In this document: positions 19,498 to 27,537 of the stretch, one piece after another | Numbering within the stretch: position 1 is the stretch's first letter | How the letters are laid out: the number at the start of each line of letters is the position of its first letter | Source of the DNA: a virus | Lineage: Duplodnaviria > Caudoviricetes | Direction: 5' to 3' (one strand) | DNA length: 38,935 nt | IMG/VR virus record: IMGVR_UViG_3300027820_000555 | Location: 1-38,935 of that record | Made by a program: the position numbers and the translations under genes | Notes under the pieces: generated by a model | Seen by the model: only the letters and a program-made list of their open reading frames with translations | The model's database searches: none | What the model was told of the DNA's origin: nothing

Positions 19498-19843
19498 CTG
19501 AGGGCATCGCTACTTTCGATTCATCGGCGGGCGTTGCGCCAAGTTTTGACAGCACGGTTTGGTATGTGTTCATTGCAGACACACCTGGTGGCTCATCACT
19601 GTTAAACCTTGCGCGGAGGTGAGAGGCTAACTGCAAAAGTGCGCGATGGCTGTAAGTGAGCCACGGCAGTTCATCCTTGAATTCTTTCCAAGCCTCTTTT
19701 TCTGACTTGCTCATCCAAGAAGGTGGGCTTCCAACGGCTTGTTTGTTGGAAGCAGTTGGCTTTCTTCCAGCATGTCGGCCAGGGTTTTTAATGTCCGCCC
19801 CCGTAATCGCCGCCTTACCTGCTGGAATTCTCGACCGAGCCAT
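19457..19843 (-). CDS. Terminase small subunit (P27-like)
   Basis: PPSWM and LGATPADESKV; directly upstream of terL. Confidence 0.88.
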   Translation of the reverse strand: MARSRIPAGKAAITGADIKNPGRHAGRKPTASNKQAVGSPPSWMSKSEKEAWKEFKDELPWLTYSHRALLQLASHLRARFNSDEPPGVSAMNTYQTVLSKLGATPADESKVAMPSDEDEEDPNESFFH

Positions 19844-19849
19844 GACCCC

Positions 19850-19932
19850 CTATATTTTCAATTGTGGGAATGAAAAGTTTACTTCCCCCATGCGGTCTCG
19901 CCCCTAAATACTGTAGTGATTTGACCCCCCCC
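19850..19932. other. Probable cos (cohesive end) region
   Basis: Non-coding gap between HNH and terS with G7-TCAAATC and GACCGC on the minus strand; typical position, cut site not determinable. Confidence 0.45.
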
Positions 19933-20273
19933 TATGGTTGGTCGTCGCGCCTAAAGTTAGGGATGCCATCTAATGACGCGCCGCGTTGCGGACCCTGTTT
20001 ATGTCCGAAGCCGCCATCTTCTTTAACCGTCTTCACGGAGTGACACCTGGCGCACAATACCTGCAAGTTTTGCAGCTCATGCGTTCCGCCTTTGGCTAGC
20101 GGGACAATATGATCAACATGCACTTGCCTCTTCTCTAAAGGCAGTGGACGGCGGCAGTGATTGCAGCCTGGGCCATCCCGCAATAGCAGTTGAGGGAAAA
20201 CCCTTTCGCGATACCGACGCCACCAAGCGTCATACCCACGCTTGGCCGCCGACTGTCTATTATCGCGCCGCAT
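19932..20273 (-). CDS. Packaging-associated HNH endonuclease
   Basis: RGYD..W, CNHC, VDHIVP..GG and NLQVLCARCHSVKT. Confidence 0.93.
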   Translation of the reverse strand: MRRDNRQSAAKRGYDAWWRRYRERVFPQLLLRDGPGCNHCRRPLPLEKRQVHVDHIVPLAKGGTHELQNLQVLCARCHSVKTVKEDGGFGHKQGPQRGASLDGIPNFRRDDQP

Positions 20274-20311
20274 ATTACATCAACTGTGTCCTGATAATTT
20301 CCGCATTGGGG

Positions 20312-20349
20312 AAAAGAAAAATGCGCCTCGGCTCTGGTCCGGGCGCATT
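20312..20349 (-). terminator. tR'-like terminator just downstream of the late promoter
   Basis: AATGCGCC...GGCGCATT stem followed by TTTCTTTT on the minus strand. Confidence 0.75.
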
Positions 20350-20362
20350 ACGATGCATTAAT

Positions 20363-20377
20363 GTTCTTATATCGTTC
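20363..20377. promoter_or_regulatory. Candidate alphaproteobacterial LexA (SOS) box
   Basis: GTTC-TTATATC-GTTC matches the GTTC-N7-GTTC consensus and overlaps the -10 element. Confidence 0.55.
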
Positions 20378-20394
20378 GTTTTTCCTTCTTGCAA
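20366..20394 (-). promoter_or_regulatory. Late promoter (pR'-like)
   Basis: TTGCAA-N17-TATAAG on the minus strand, directly after the Q-like gene. Confidence 0.7.
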
Positions 20395-20400
20395 GTAAAA

Positions 20401-20958
20401 TTATAAAAAAAGTTTATTATAGTCGTCAAAGGCCTGTTCTATCCGCTTTTCCACATACTTAGGCTGGTGCCGATAGGTGCGTGCGATGCGACCCACGGTG
20501 AAGTCGTAAATGGCAAAGTCCGAGGCCATAGCGCGCGCCTCGCTGTGATCCCACCATTGATGGTATTGGGTGATGAGCTGCTGCTGCCTCTCGGTGAAAT
20601 CCAGCAGGGCGCGGGCAGACGGTATGCGCAGATAAGATGGCGTTTTGATATCTACATCACGGGCAACGAAATACCAGCCCATATAGATTTCATCGGCGGC
20701 GGCCAGCAGCTTTTCTTCAAGCCATCCCTTCTTGCGGGCAGAGACACGCCCGCTGGGCGTCTTCCTTTGATCCCTAACAGTGCCCCATGTCGATGGGTCT
20801 TTCTCGTTATACATACGGTGACGGTCCTCATGGCGGGCAATCAGTTCGTCACGTATGATGGCATTAACGCGGGCACGCTCTCGCGCCTGGCTTTGCAACA
20901 CGATGTTGATACGGTCCTGGGATTGGGTGGCTTCATGCTGCATGGTCATCTCCATCAA
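20401..20958 (-). CDS. Late-gene regulator (Q-like antiterminator/activator)
   Basis: Last early gene, followed by a promoter-terminator pair; C-terminal HTH-like segment. Confidence 0.55.
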   Translation of the reverse strand: MMEMTMQHEATQSQDRINIVLQSQARERARVNAIIRDELIARHEDRHRMYNEKDPSTWGTVRDQRKTPSGRVSARKKGWLEEKLLAAADEIYMGWYFVARDVDIKTPSYLRIPSARALLDFTERQQQLITQYHQWWDHSEARAMASDFAIYDFTVGRIARTYRHQPKYVEKRIEQAFDDYNKLFL

Positions 20959-21893
20959 GCGATTGCGGTTGAGGCAGGGGCACGGGACAGCCCGAATTCA
21001 GCCAACACGGAATCACTGACCAGGGTGTCAGGATGGTCCAGGCGCGGCCCCCACGCTTCCGGCCAGTCCCCATCTCCCTGGTACAGAGATACGGCGGCAC
21101 GCTGGCCCTCAACTGTCCCCAGTGGATGGGTGCACTTGGTAGGCACAGCATCCAGAAACGCAGCCCGGAACCAAGCTATCCGCTTTCCCTTTCCGGCACC
21201 ATGTTGGCACTTGTTGCGCACCAGATCGATAATCTGCTTTGCGTTGAAGCCAAGCTCCATCCACTCCTGAACTTGGCTCACCAGGGCATGCGCGTTCAGC
21301 TGGAATGGGCAACCAATGATGCCGAGAAGTTCACTTGCTGTGGTGTAAGCCTCCTCGTACGTGCGCGCATGCGCATTGCTAGCTAGCTCTTTGATGGTTC
21401 TATTATATTGATGTGATCGTCCGTCACATCGGATGTGATCCTCCGTCACATCTGGTTGTGACTGTCCGTCACATCGGGTGTGACTGTCGATCACATCTGA
21501 ATTTCCGCCGTTGTTCTCTTCTTGTTCCTGTCCGTTGTGACTATCCGTCACATCTGAATTTCCGCCGTTTTTCGCACCCTCATCATCTGTCGAAGGATCA
21601 ATATCAACAACTGAAAACGGAGAATTTTTTGCTAAATTGAGCTGATAAGTGTTGTGAATTTTCATCCCGAAACGACGCCCCTGACGCACCATCAACAGAT
21701 CATGTTCCACCAGTTTCTGAATGTGCCTGTTGATGGTTTCACGGCTCACACCGCATTCACTGGCCAGCGTCGATTGCTTTGGCCATGACACGCCATTGTC
21801 ATTCGCCTGGTCGGCCAATTTGATAAGCAAAAGTTTGGAAATCGCGGATGGGGTAGGCTGCTTCCATGCCCATGCGAGACAAATATTACTCAT
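20955..21893 (-). CDS. Replication initiator (lambda O-like, N-terminal winged HTH)
   Basis: KLLLIKLADQAN..G.SWPKQSTLASECGVSRETINRHI; internal iterons. Confidence 0.88.
   Translation of the reverse strand: MSNICLAWAWKQPTPSAISKLLLIKLADQANDNGVSWPKQSTLASECGVSRETINRHIQKLVEHDLLMVRQGRRFGMKIHNTYQLNLAKNSPFSVVDIDPSTDDEGAKNGGNSDVTDSHNGQEQEENNGGNSDVIDSHTRCDGQSQPDVTEDHIRCDGRSHQYNRTIKELASNAHARTYEEAYTTASELLGIIGCPFQLNAHALVSQVQEWMELGFNAKQIIDLVRNKCQHGAGKGKRIAWFRAAFLDAVPTKCTHPLGTVEGQRAAVSLYQGDGDWPEAWGPRLDHPDTLVSDSVLAEFGLSRAPASTAIA
21401..21552. repeat. Replication origin iterons, 5 x TGTGA-N7-TCACA
   Basis: Copies start at 21412, 21434, 21457, 21479 and 21536; AT-rich patch at 21401-21410. Confidence 0.85.
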
Positions 21894-23329
21894 TACAAAA
21901 CCTCATCAAATGAAAATGCTGAACAAGGCATATAGGCGGTCACATCGCGCGCGCCGCCGGAACCATGACGGTTCTTCGCCATGATGATCTTGCACTTGTT
22001 CTTCACGCGGTCGTATTCCCCCTGCCAAGCGGCATATCCGCCCGGATCAGCTATTTTATCCGGCTGGTTATTTTTCAGGTAATAAGCGTGGCGATACAGG
22101 AAAAGAACGGAATCAGCGTCTTGCTCAATGGCACCAGAGTCCCGCAGGTCAGAAAGCATCGGCTGCTTATCATCTCGGCTCTCAACGCCCCTGGAAAGCT
22201 GTGAGAGCGCGATCACGCACACATCAAGCTCCCTCGCCATGGATTTAAGGTTTTTGGTTATCTGCGCAACCTCCTGGACCTTATTGCCCTTATAGGAGCC
22301 ATCATGCATAAGTCCGATATAATCGACGATAACAACGTCTAAGCTTTTGCCCTGCGCCTTAAGCGAACGCTTCCAGCGGCGCAGCTCAGAACGCACACGG
22401 GCGACCGTGGGCTCACTACGTGACCAGATACGGATGGGCAGGTCCGATAGATAGTTATTCGCATCCCTCAACTCAGGAATGCGCACCTCGGGCACCTTGC
22501 CAGTGCGGAAGTCCTGATATTCAATCCGCTTGCCGCGATGATAACAGATTTCAGACAGCATCCGATTTGTAAGCTGTTCCTCCGACATCTCGAATGAGAA
22601 CAACGCCACGCCATGCCCGTTATCGGCAATGCCCCGCGCCAATGACGTGGCAAAGGCCGACTTACCCATGCCAGGGCGGCCAGCGACAATCACAAGGTCG
22701 GTGTGATATAGCCCGCCACATAATTCACTCAGCCACGGCATATTGGTCGGTGACATGCCTGGGACAGCGCCTTCGCGGTAAATCGCCTCAAGCCGCTGGA
22801 TAGACATCTCACCCGCTTCACCTGCGGTTACAGACCCCTGGTCCGCATCACCAAATAACGACTGTATGGCCTCTTCGGCGTCGGTTGCGATTTTGTGCGC
22901 TTGCAGATCCGCATCAGGCTGGGTGGCGGCACCCTTAATGTCATCACAAACACCGACAAGGCCACGCAGGCGATAAAGCTCAATAAGCGATTGCGCATAG
23001 TCACGCACTGCATAAGGCAAGGCCATGCCTCCCAGACCTGCAAGATAAGCCTGCGCGCCGCCAACTTGGTTCATCGCTTCATCATGCTGAAAATAAGCCC
23101 GCAGCGTAATAGGCGTTGCTGACTTCCCCTGGTCACGGAAACTCAAACAAGCGTCAAATATGCGCTTATGGACGCCCTCATAGAAATGCTCTGACTGCAA
23201 CTCGACGGGCACTGCGTCAAGGGCCTTGGGGTTCATCAGAATAGACCCAAGCACGGATTGCTCCATCTCAAGGTTGATGAGAGGGCCAATGGCTTCCTCA
23301 TCTGAAATCTGTTGGTTTTCCAGCGTCAT
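21893..23329 (-). CDS. dnaB: Replicative DNA helicase, DnaB family
   Basis: GRPGMGKS, FSFEMS, VDYIGLM, LSQLSR, DLRDSGAIEQDAD and KNRHG. Confidence 0.97.
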   Translation of the reverse strand: MTLENQQISDEEAIGPLINLEMEQSVLGSILMNPKALDAVPVELQSEHFYEGVHKRIFDACLSFRDQGKSATPITLRAYFQHDEAMNQVGGAQAYLAGLGGMALPYAVRDYAQSLIELYRLRGLVGVCDDIKGAATQPDADLQAHKIATDAEEAIQSLFGDADQGSVTAGEAGEMSIQRLEAIYREGAVPGMSPTNMPWLSELCGGLYHTDLVIVAGRPGMGKSAFATSLARGIADNGHGVALFSFEMSEEQLTNRMLSEICYHRGKRIEYQDFRTGKVPEVRIPELRDANNYLSDLPIRIWSRSEPTVARVRSELRRWKRSLKAQGKSLDVVIVDYIGLMHDGSYKGNKVQEVAQITKNLKSMARELDVCVIALSQLSRGVESRDDKQPMLSDLRDSGAIEQDADSVLFLYRHAYYLKNNQPDKIADPGGYAAWQGEYDRVKNKCKIIMAKNRHGSGGARDVTAYMPCSAFSFDEVL

Positions 23330-23481
23330 GGGGCAACCTCCATAAACACTTCAAGGGCGCGCTTGGCTGCAAGACCGTCTTCCAGCTTTAATGTCTGTTG
23401 AGCCTTAAGCGACGCCTGCACAAATTCATCCCACTGTTCGGCTTTCAAGTCTTCACTTTGGACGGCTGTATCGTTGCTCAT
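23326..23481 (-). CDS. Hypothetical 51-aa protein
   Basis: Translated by hand, MSNDTAVQSEDLKAEQWDEFVQ...; AAGGA RBS; ATGA overlap with dnaB. Confidence 0.65.
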   Translation of the reverse strand: MSNDTAVQSEDLKAEQWDEFVQASLKAQQTLKLEDGLAAKRALEVFMEVAP

Positions 23482-23586
23482 AGCTTTATCCTTCTTAAGA
23501 CTGGGCCCACGGGCGTTGCCGGGGCATTATGGGATTGTGGGGGGATTTGGCTTTTGCCAGCGGTGGGGAAAAGAAAGAATATCATC

Positions 23587-23805
23587 TCAACCCCTTTCCA
23601 AACCATAGACCGATGCAGCCCGTTGAATCAGCGTGTCGGCTTCTGCAATGGCATTGAGTTCAAAGTCGGTCAGGGGCTGCTCATCGTCGCTGATGCGGGC
23701 CAAATACCTCTTGGCCTCAGCCACAAGCGTGCGTGCCTCGGCGCTTTTGAAGATTTCATTGAAACAGGTGCATGTGGATGCACGGGGAGTGTCGTCTGCC
23801 AGCAT
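23587..23805 (-). CDS. Hypothetical 72-aa protein controlled by the C4-like RNA
   Basis: GGAG RBS overlapping the antisense target CCAACGG; the frame is also open upstream to 24093/24105 (Ash-like). Confidence 0.6.
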   Translation of the reverse strand: MLADDTPRASTCTCFNEIFKSAEARTLVAEAKRYLARISDDEQPLTDFELNAIAEADTLIQRAASVYGLERG

Positions 23806-23864
23806 ATGGGCATCTCCGTTGGCTAAGTTGTTAAACCCAACCACTGGAGGTTCTACACTCCTGG

Positions 23865-23946
23865 TGGCCGGACCGATACACGGGTAGAACACCACCGGAT
23901 GCTCCCAACGGTAAGCATTCCGGCGGAACCATGACCGGCCCGACCA
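23865..23946 (-). ncRNA. C4/CI-type antisense RNA no. 1
   Basis: Closing stem TGGTCGGGCCGGT/ATCGGTCCGGCCA; seeds CCGTTGG and GTTCTAC have complements upstream (24000-24027) and downstream (23816-23856). Confidence 0.75.
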
Positions 23947-24058
23947 TAAGGAAAGCTGAAACGCCCAATAAAAAACGCGCTTTAAGAGGCGCGCGGACGC
24001 CGTTGGAACATCACGGCGGTGTTCTACTCCCGCCGCAGTGATTTTGCACTGCTGGTCC

Positions 24059-24087
24059 ACCATGCGTCGATTTTGGGCGTATGTCAA
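24059..24087 (-). promoter_or_regulatory. Promoter for C4-like module 1
   Basis: TTGACA-N17-CATGGT on the minus strand. Confidence 0.6.
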
Positions 24088-24154
24088 CATCATGCGGCAC
24101 TCCATGCTTTGAAGCGCGCGGCACAGTTTATGGGATAAATTGTTTCATAATTAA

Positions 24155-24182
24155 TTGACATTTGTAGCTTAAAAGCTACATT
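24155..24182 (+). promoter_or_regulatory. Toxin-antitoxin promoter with palindromic operator
   Basis: TTGACA-N16-TACATT overlapped by TGTAGCTT-AA-AAGCTACA (24163-24180). Confidence 0.75.
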
Positions 24183-24233
24183 AGACAGATAAATTTTTAC
24201 TGTTAATAACGATAAGAGAGGCCGCCCAGCGCC

Positions 24234-24524
24234 ATGATAGTGGTTGAAAAAACAGAAGAATTTCAAAAATGGCACCTGGGCCTTAAAGACAAAACAAGCA
24301 AGACGCGGATAACCGCGCGCCTGGACCGTGTTGAACAAGGAAACCTGGGCGATTTTAAGAACCTTAAAGATGGCCTTTACGAACTTCGGTTTACCTTTGG
24401 TGGCGGTATCAGGGTTTATTACACCTGGCGCGGCGATGAAATCGTCTTGCTGCTGGCCGGAGGAAACAAGTCGGACCAAGAAGCCGACATTGCTCGTGCA
24501 AAAGAAATGATCTCGGAACTCTAG
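24234..24524 (+). CDS. Type II toxin, RelE/ParE superfamily (addiction module killer, HI1419-like)
   Basis: GNLGDFK.L.DGLYELR..FGGGIRVY...LLLAGGNKS.Q..DI..A. Confidence 0.93.
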   Translation: MIVVEKTEEFQKWHLGLKDKTSKTRITARLDRVEQGNLGDFKNLKDGLYELRFTFGGGIRVYYTWRGDEIVLLLAGGNKSDQEADIARAKEMISEL

Positions 24525-24533
24525 GAGCGTATC

Positions 24534-24875
24534 ATGAGTAAACTTAAAACGACTAAATGGGATGCCGCAGACAGTATTGAGGATTTCGAGGATGCCTATC
24601 TGTACCTTGAAGCCACTCTTGAAGACACGCACGGCGACCGCGCTGCCATCATGAAGGCGCTTGGCAATATTGCGCGCTCCAAAGGCATGGCCGAGGTTGC
24701 GGAAAAAACCGGCCTTAGACGCGAAACGCTGTATCGCATGCTTTCCGAAGAGGGCAATCCGACCATTGATAACTTTATCAAGGTTTTGGCCGCCTTCGGC
24801 ATTGAAATGCGCTTTGCGCCCTCCGTTAGGACACGCCAGCGCCTCGACTTGAGCGGACAGGCTGCGGTGGCTTAA
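24534..24875 (+). CDS. Antitoxin (addiction module antidote, HI1420-like HTH)
   Basis: WDAAD...ALGNIARSKGMAEVAEKTGLRRETLYRMLSEEGNPT. Confidence 0.93.
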   Translation: MSKLKTTKWDAADSIEDFEDAYLYLEATLEDTHGDRAAIMKALGNIARSKGMAEVAEKTGLRRETLYRMLSEEGNPTIDNFIKVLAAFGIEMRFAPSVRTRQRLDLSGQAAVA

Positions 24876-24878
24876 ACC

Positions 24879-25157
24879 ATGGAAGCTTCTGCTGAATCCA
24901 TTCTTGCGGCTGTACGAAGCGGCAAAATGGAAACCTTCCCGCAATCCATCGTTGACGACATGATTAACGGCGTCCACCCGATCCGCAGCTTTCGCGAGTA
25001 CCGGGGGCTTACGGCCGATCAGCTTGGCAACGCGGTTGGCATATCGGGCGCCTATGTGCGTCAAATTGAGACCGGCAAGCGCGAAGGAAAGGCGCAAGTG
25101 ATTAAAGCCATCTCTGACGCGCTCAACGTTGATATGGAGCTTTTGATTGAAGATTAA
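24879..25157 (+). CDS. XRE-family HTH protein, third gene of the TA cassette
   Basis: HPIRSFREYRGLTADQLGNAVGISGAYVRQIETGKREG; starts 3 nt after the antidote stop. Confidence 0.85.
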   Translation: MEASAESILAAVRSGKMETFPQSIVDDMINGVHPIRSFREYRGLTADQLGNAVGISGAYVRQIETGKREGKAQVIKAISDALNVDMELLIED

Positions 25158-25336
25158 GATCGTTCCAGGGCGCGACATTGACAGCCCACCACCGGATGAC
25201 GCCATGCTGGAAAACATCAAGAAGGCCCAGCGGGGCGTCATACCAAAGCCCAAGCCACGACCATCATGATGATGACGATATATACCGCGACACAATGTCG
25301 GGGTATATACCGAACGAGATATCGAGGCAGTCGTCA

Positions 25337-25951
25337 TCATGCGGCGGCCTCTTTTGCTTTAAACTTTCCAACCTGATTGCCCCATGCATCCCAACCGGGC
25401 CAGCGCTGGCGCGCGAATAACTCGACATAAGGGCCGTTCAACAATTGCTCTATGCGGTCATAGACGCAATCGGGCTTACGGCTGTGTTCGCGGCGGGGCT
25501 CAAAGATAGGCTGGCGCACGCTGGCGCTTTGACGCTTTGGCTTGCCACGGGTGGCCAATAGGCACGCTTCGGTGTTGGACCGGGTCCAATAGCCCATGCC
25601 GCAGAACAATGAGCTCTCATCGACAAACAGGCGGTAATTGTCGCCCTTCATCCAATTAAAGCCGCAAGTCTTATATGTAAAACCCCAGGCATCAATCACG
25701 CGCATTGCGTCTGGCAACGTCGGCCAGGTCATCCACAGGAACAAAGCACAATCATCCGCCGCCAATTCGCTTACAGGCAAGGCGCAGATATCATCAATGG
25801 TCATGGTGCTGTAATGTGATTCAGCACTCCGATCCTGGCCCTTTTTGGACCAGGTCTTGAACGACCATGCGGGATCGGCATAGACGACCTGATAACCCCG
25901 TTTCCGAAGCCCAGCGAAAGGATGGTTGCCTGTTAAAACTGAGCTATCCAT
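25337..25951 (-). CDS. MT-A70 family N6-adenine methyltransferase
   Basis: VVYADPAW, HYSTM, ALFLW, WGFTYKT, REHSRKP and ELFAR; start chosen from the RBS. Confidence 0.93.
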   Translation of the reverse strand: MDSSVLTGNHPFAGLRKRGYQVVYADPAWSFKTWSKKGQDRSAESHYSTMTIDDICALPVSELAADDCALFLWMTWPTLPDAMRVIDAWGFTYKTCGFNWMKGDNYRLFVDESSLFCGMGYWTRSNTEACLLATRGKPKRQSASVRQPIFEPRREHSRKPDCVYDRIEQLLNGPYVELFARQRWPGWDAWGNQVGKFKAKEAAA

Positions 25952-26234
25952 TGACCTTCTCATGCTTGATGCGCGACGCCTTGCGCCATGGCACGGTGTC
26001 AACGGCATTCAACGGGCCCGATAAAACACCCTCTAACCGGGCGGTTTCGTGGCGCTCCACCTCCATTTCGCATACTGTCTTCTTGGCTGCCGCGCGGGCC
26101 CAATGCCGCCATGCTTCTTTGGCGGCTTCATGGGCTTTTCGCAGTTCTTTCCCCGCCTGCTTCATATTGGCCTTGGCCTGGGCAAGATCATCAGGAATCA
26201 ATCGATCAGTCATTGAGAGCCCCTTTACGCACAT
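25944..26234 (-). CDS. Hypothetical coiled-coil protein
   Basis: Fills the operon with overlaps at both ends; start may be the second Met. Confidence 0.55.
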   Translation of the reverse strand: MCVKGLSMTDRLIPDDLAQAKANMKQAGKELRKAHEAAKEAWRHWARAAAKKTVCEMEVERHETARLEGVLSGPLNAVDTVPWRKASRIKHEKVNG

Positions 26235-26457
26235 CTAAGCCCTTGTCCTGGCGTATTGCGTGGGCGATTAAGAGGCACCTTTTGCGGTGCAAAGACTCCA
26301 CTTTCAAAGAATGATCTTTCCACATGTCCGCTTCCCGCTGATGAAATTCAGCAAGTTGGGCTTGTATTTCCTCTTGTGTCGGCGCTGGATTTTCCGGCAC
26401 CCGATAGCCACGACTGCGAAACAAGGATTTGATAAAGCGTTTCATCATGCGCTCCAT
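26206..26457 (-). CDS. Hypothetical protein
   Basis: In-operon ORF overlapping both neighbours. Confidence 0.55.
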   Translation of the reverse strand: MERMMKRFIKSLFRSRGYRVPENPAPTQEEIQAQLAEFHQREADMWKDHSLKVESLHRKRCLLIAHAIRQDKGLDVRKGALND

Positions 26458-26837
26458 ATCGGCTTAGTTGGGCACCCAAGGCCCTTAAGAAACTCGACGG
26501 CTTCGTCTTCACTGCGCGCCATGGCATATGGGATGCCTAGATCCTCGCACTTGGCCTTGAAACGCTTTTGATCCTTGGAAAGATAGCCAGCGCTATGATG
26601 CTGCGTCCTTGGCCGCTTGACTTCGATAAACGCCACACGGCCATCCCATGCGACCAACAAGTCGGGGGAACCTTTCACAAGCCCCATTTGCTTCAATTTG
26701 GAGCGCCATTGCACCTTGGCCATGCCTTCATTCGCAATGTGCAAAGTCAAAGCGCGGAACTTCGTGTTGATGGCGTGCAGGACCCTGATTTGGACGGTGT
26801 CTTCCTTGATGGGGTATGGATAAAGCTGGGATGTCAT
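26445..26837 (-). CDS. VRR-NUC (PD-D/ExK) nuclease, possible Holliday junction resolvase
   Basis: HIANEG, GLVKGSPDL, FIEVK and LSKDQKRF. Confidence 0.88.
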   Translation of the reverse strand: MTSQLYPYPIKEDTVQIRVLHAINTKFRALTLHIANEGMAKVQWRSKLKQMGLVKGSPDLLVAWDGRVAFIEVKRPRTQHHSAGYLSKDQKRFKAKCEDLGIPYAMARSEDEAVEFLKGLGCPTKPIWSA

Positions 26838-27208
26838 TCGCTTCGCTCCTTTGGTTCAATACTAACGGGGAACCATGCACCAGAGCGGACGACGGTTGTC
26901 GCGCCTTTAGTGATTATCTCGAAGGAGTCTTTTTCTCGGTCGTACCGGGCGAACCACATCTGGCCGCGCTTAAATTGGTCTTGGCATCCGAAGGCACAAT
27001 CGCGCGCATCAAAGTAAGACCGTGCGTGCTTTAAAGCTGTGATGAAGATCAGAGTTGTAATGCCGCCGCCGAATACAATACGGTCGAACAGGTTGTTGGG
27101 GATGAAGGCTTCAAACACCGCCACCCAGATAATCACCCATGGGAAAGCCAATAGAATGGCCAGCGCCACGGGCCTTAAATGATCGTCTGCGAACCCGCGC
27201 CAATCCAT
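26834..27208 (-). CDS. Hypothetical membrane protein
   Basis: Two hydrophobic helices; TGATG coupling at 27208. Confidence 0.6.
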   Translation of the reverse strand: MDWRGFADDHLRPVALAILLAFPWVIIWVAVFEAFIPNNLFDRIVFGGGITTLIFITALKHARSYFDARDCAFGCQDQFKRGQMWFARYDREKDSFEIITKGATTVVRSGAWFPVSIEPKERSE

Positions 27209-27537
27209 CACCGATTCCTCGTGTTCTTTTTCAGCCAATAGTCAAATCTTGACATTGCGGTGGTCTTGGTCCGCACGCCGTCATTGTTCCAGTTGTCGCG
27301 CAGCAGACGCCATTCCATTAGGAAACCTTGGCGGATAAAGCCACAGGACCAGCGAATGTCTTGGAAGAGGTTTTTGAATAAATCCCACACGGCGAGAAAT
27401 GATATAATCAGTGCCATCGCCAGCGGGCTTACCAACAGGATGCCGAAGCCTGGCGCACCGGACAGGACCAAGGCCACGCGACGGCGATATAAACGCCGCC
27501 GGGGCGATGGGTCGCTTATCCGGTGCCCGCGTTCCAT
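27208..27537 (-). CDS. Hypothetical membrane protein
   Basis: Hydrophobic segment; TAATG coupling with gapR. Confidence 0.55.
   Translation of the reverse strand: MERGHRISDPSPRRRLYRRRVALVLSGAPGFGILLVSPLAMALIISFLAVWDLFKNLFQDIRWSCGFIRQGFLMEWRLLRDNWNNDGVRTKTTAMSRFDYWLKKNTRNR

Noticed and set aside
20467-21270. 267-aa plus-strand ORF and similar antisense ORFs over structural genes
   Set aside because: Shadows of well-supported genes on the opposite strand
21412-21552. Repeat array as CRISPR or CRP sites
   Set aside because: Units are 22-23 bp apart with no unique spacers, lie inside a replication gene, and have an N7 spacer rather than the N6 of CRP; no cas genes are present
24234-25157. Read-through fusion of the three in-frame TA genes
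   Set aside because: Each gene is a complete family member with its own start, and there is no suppressor tRNA or recoding signal
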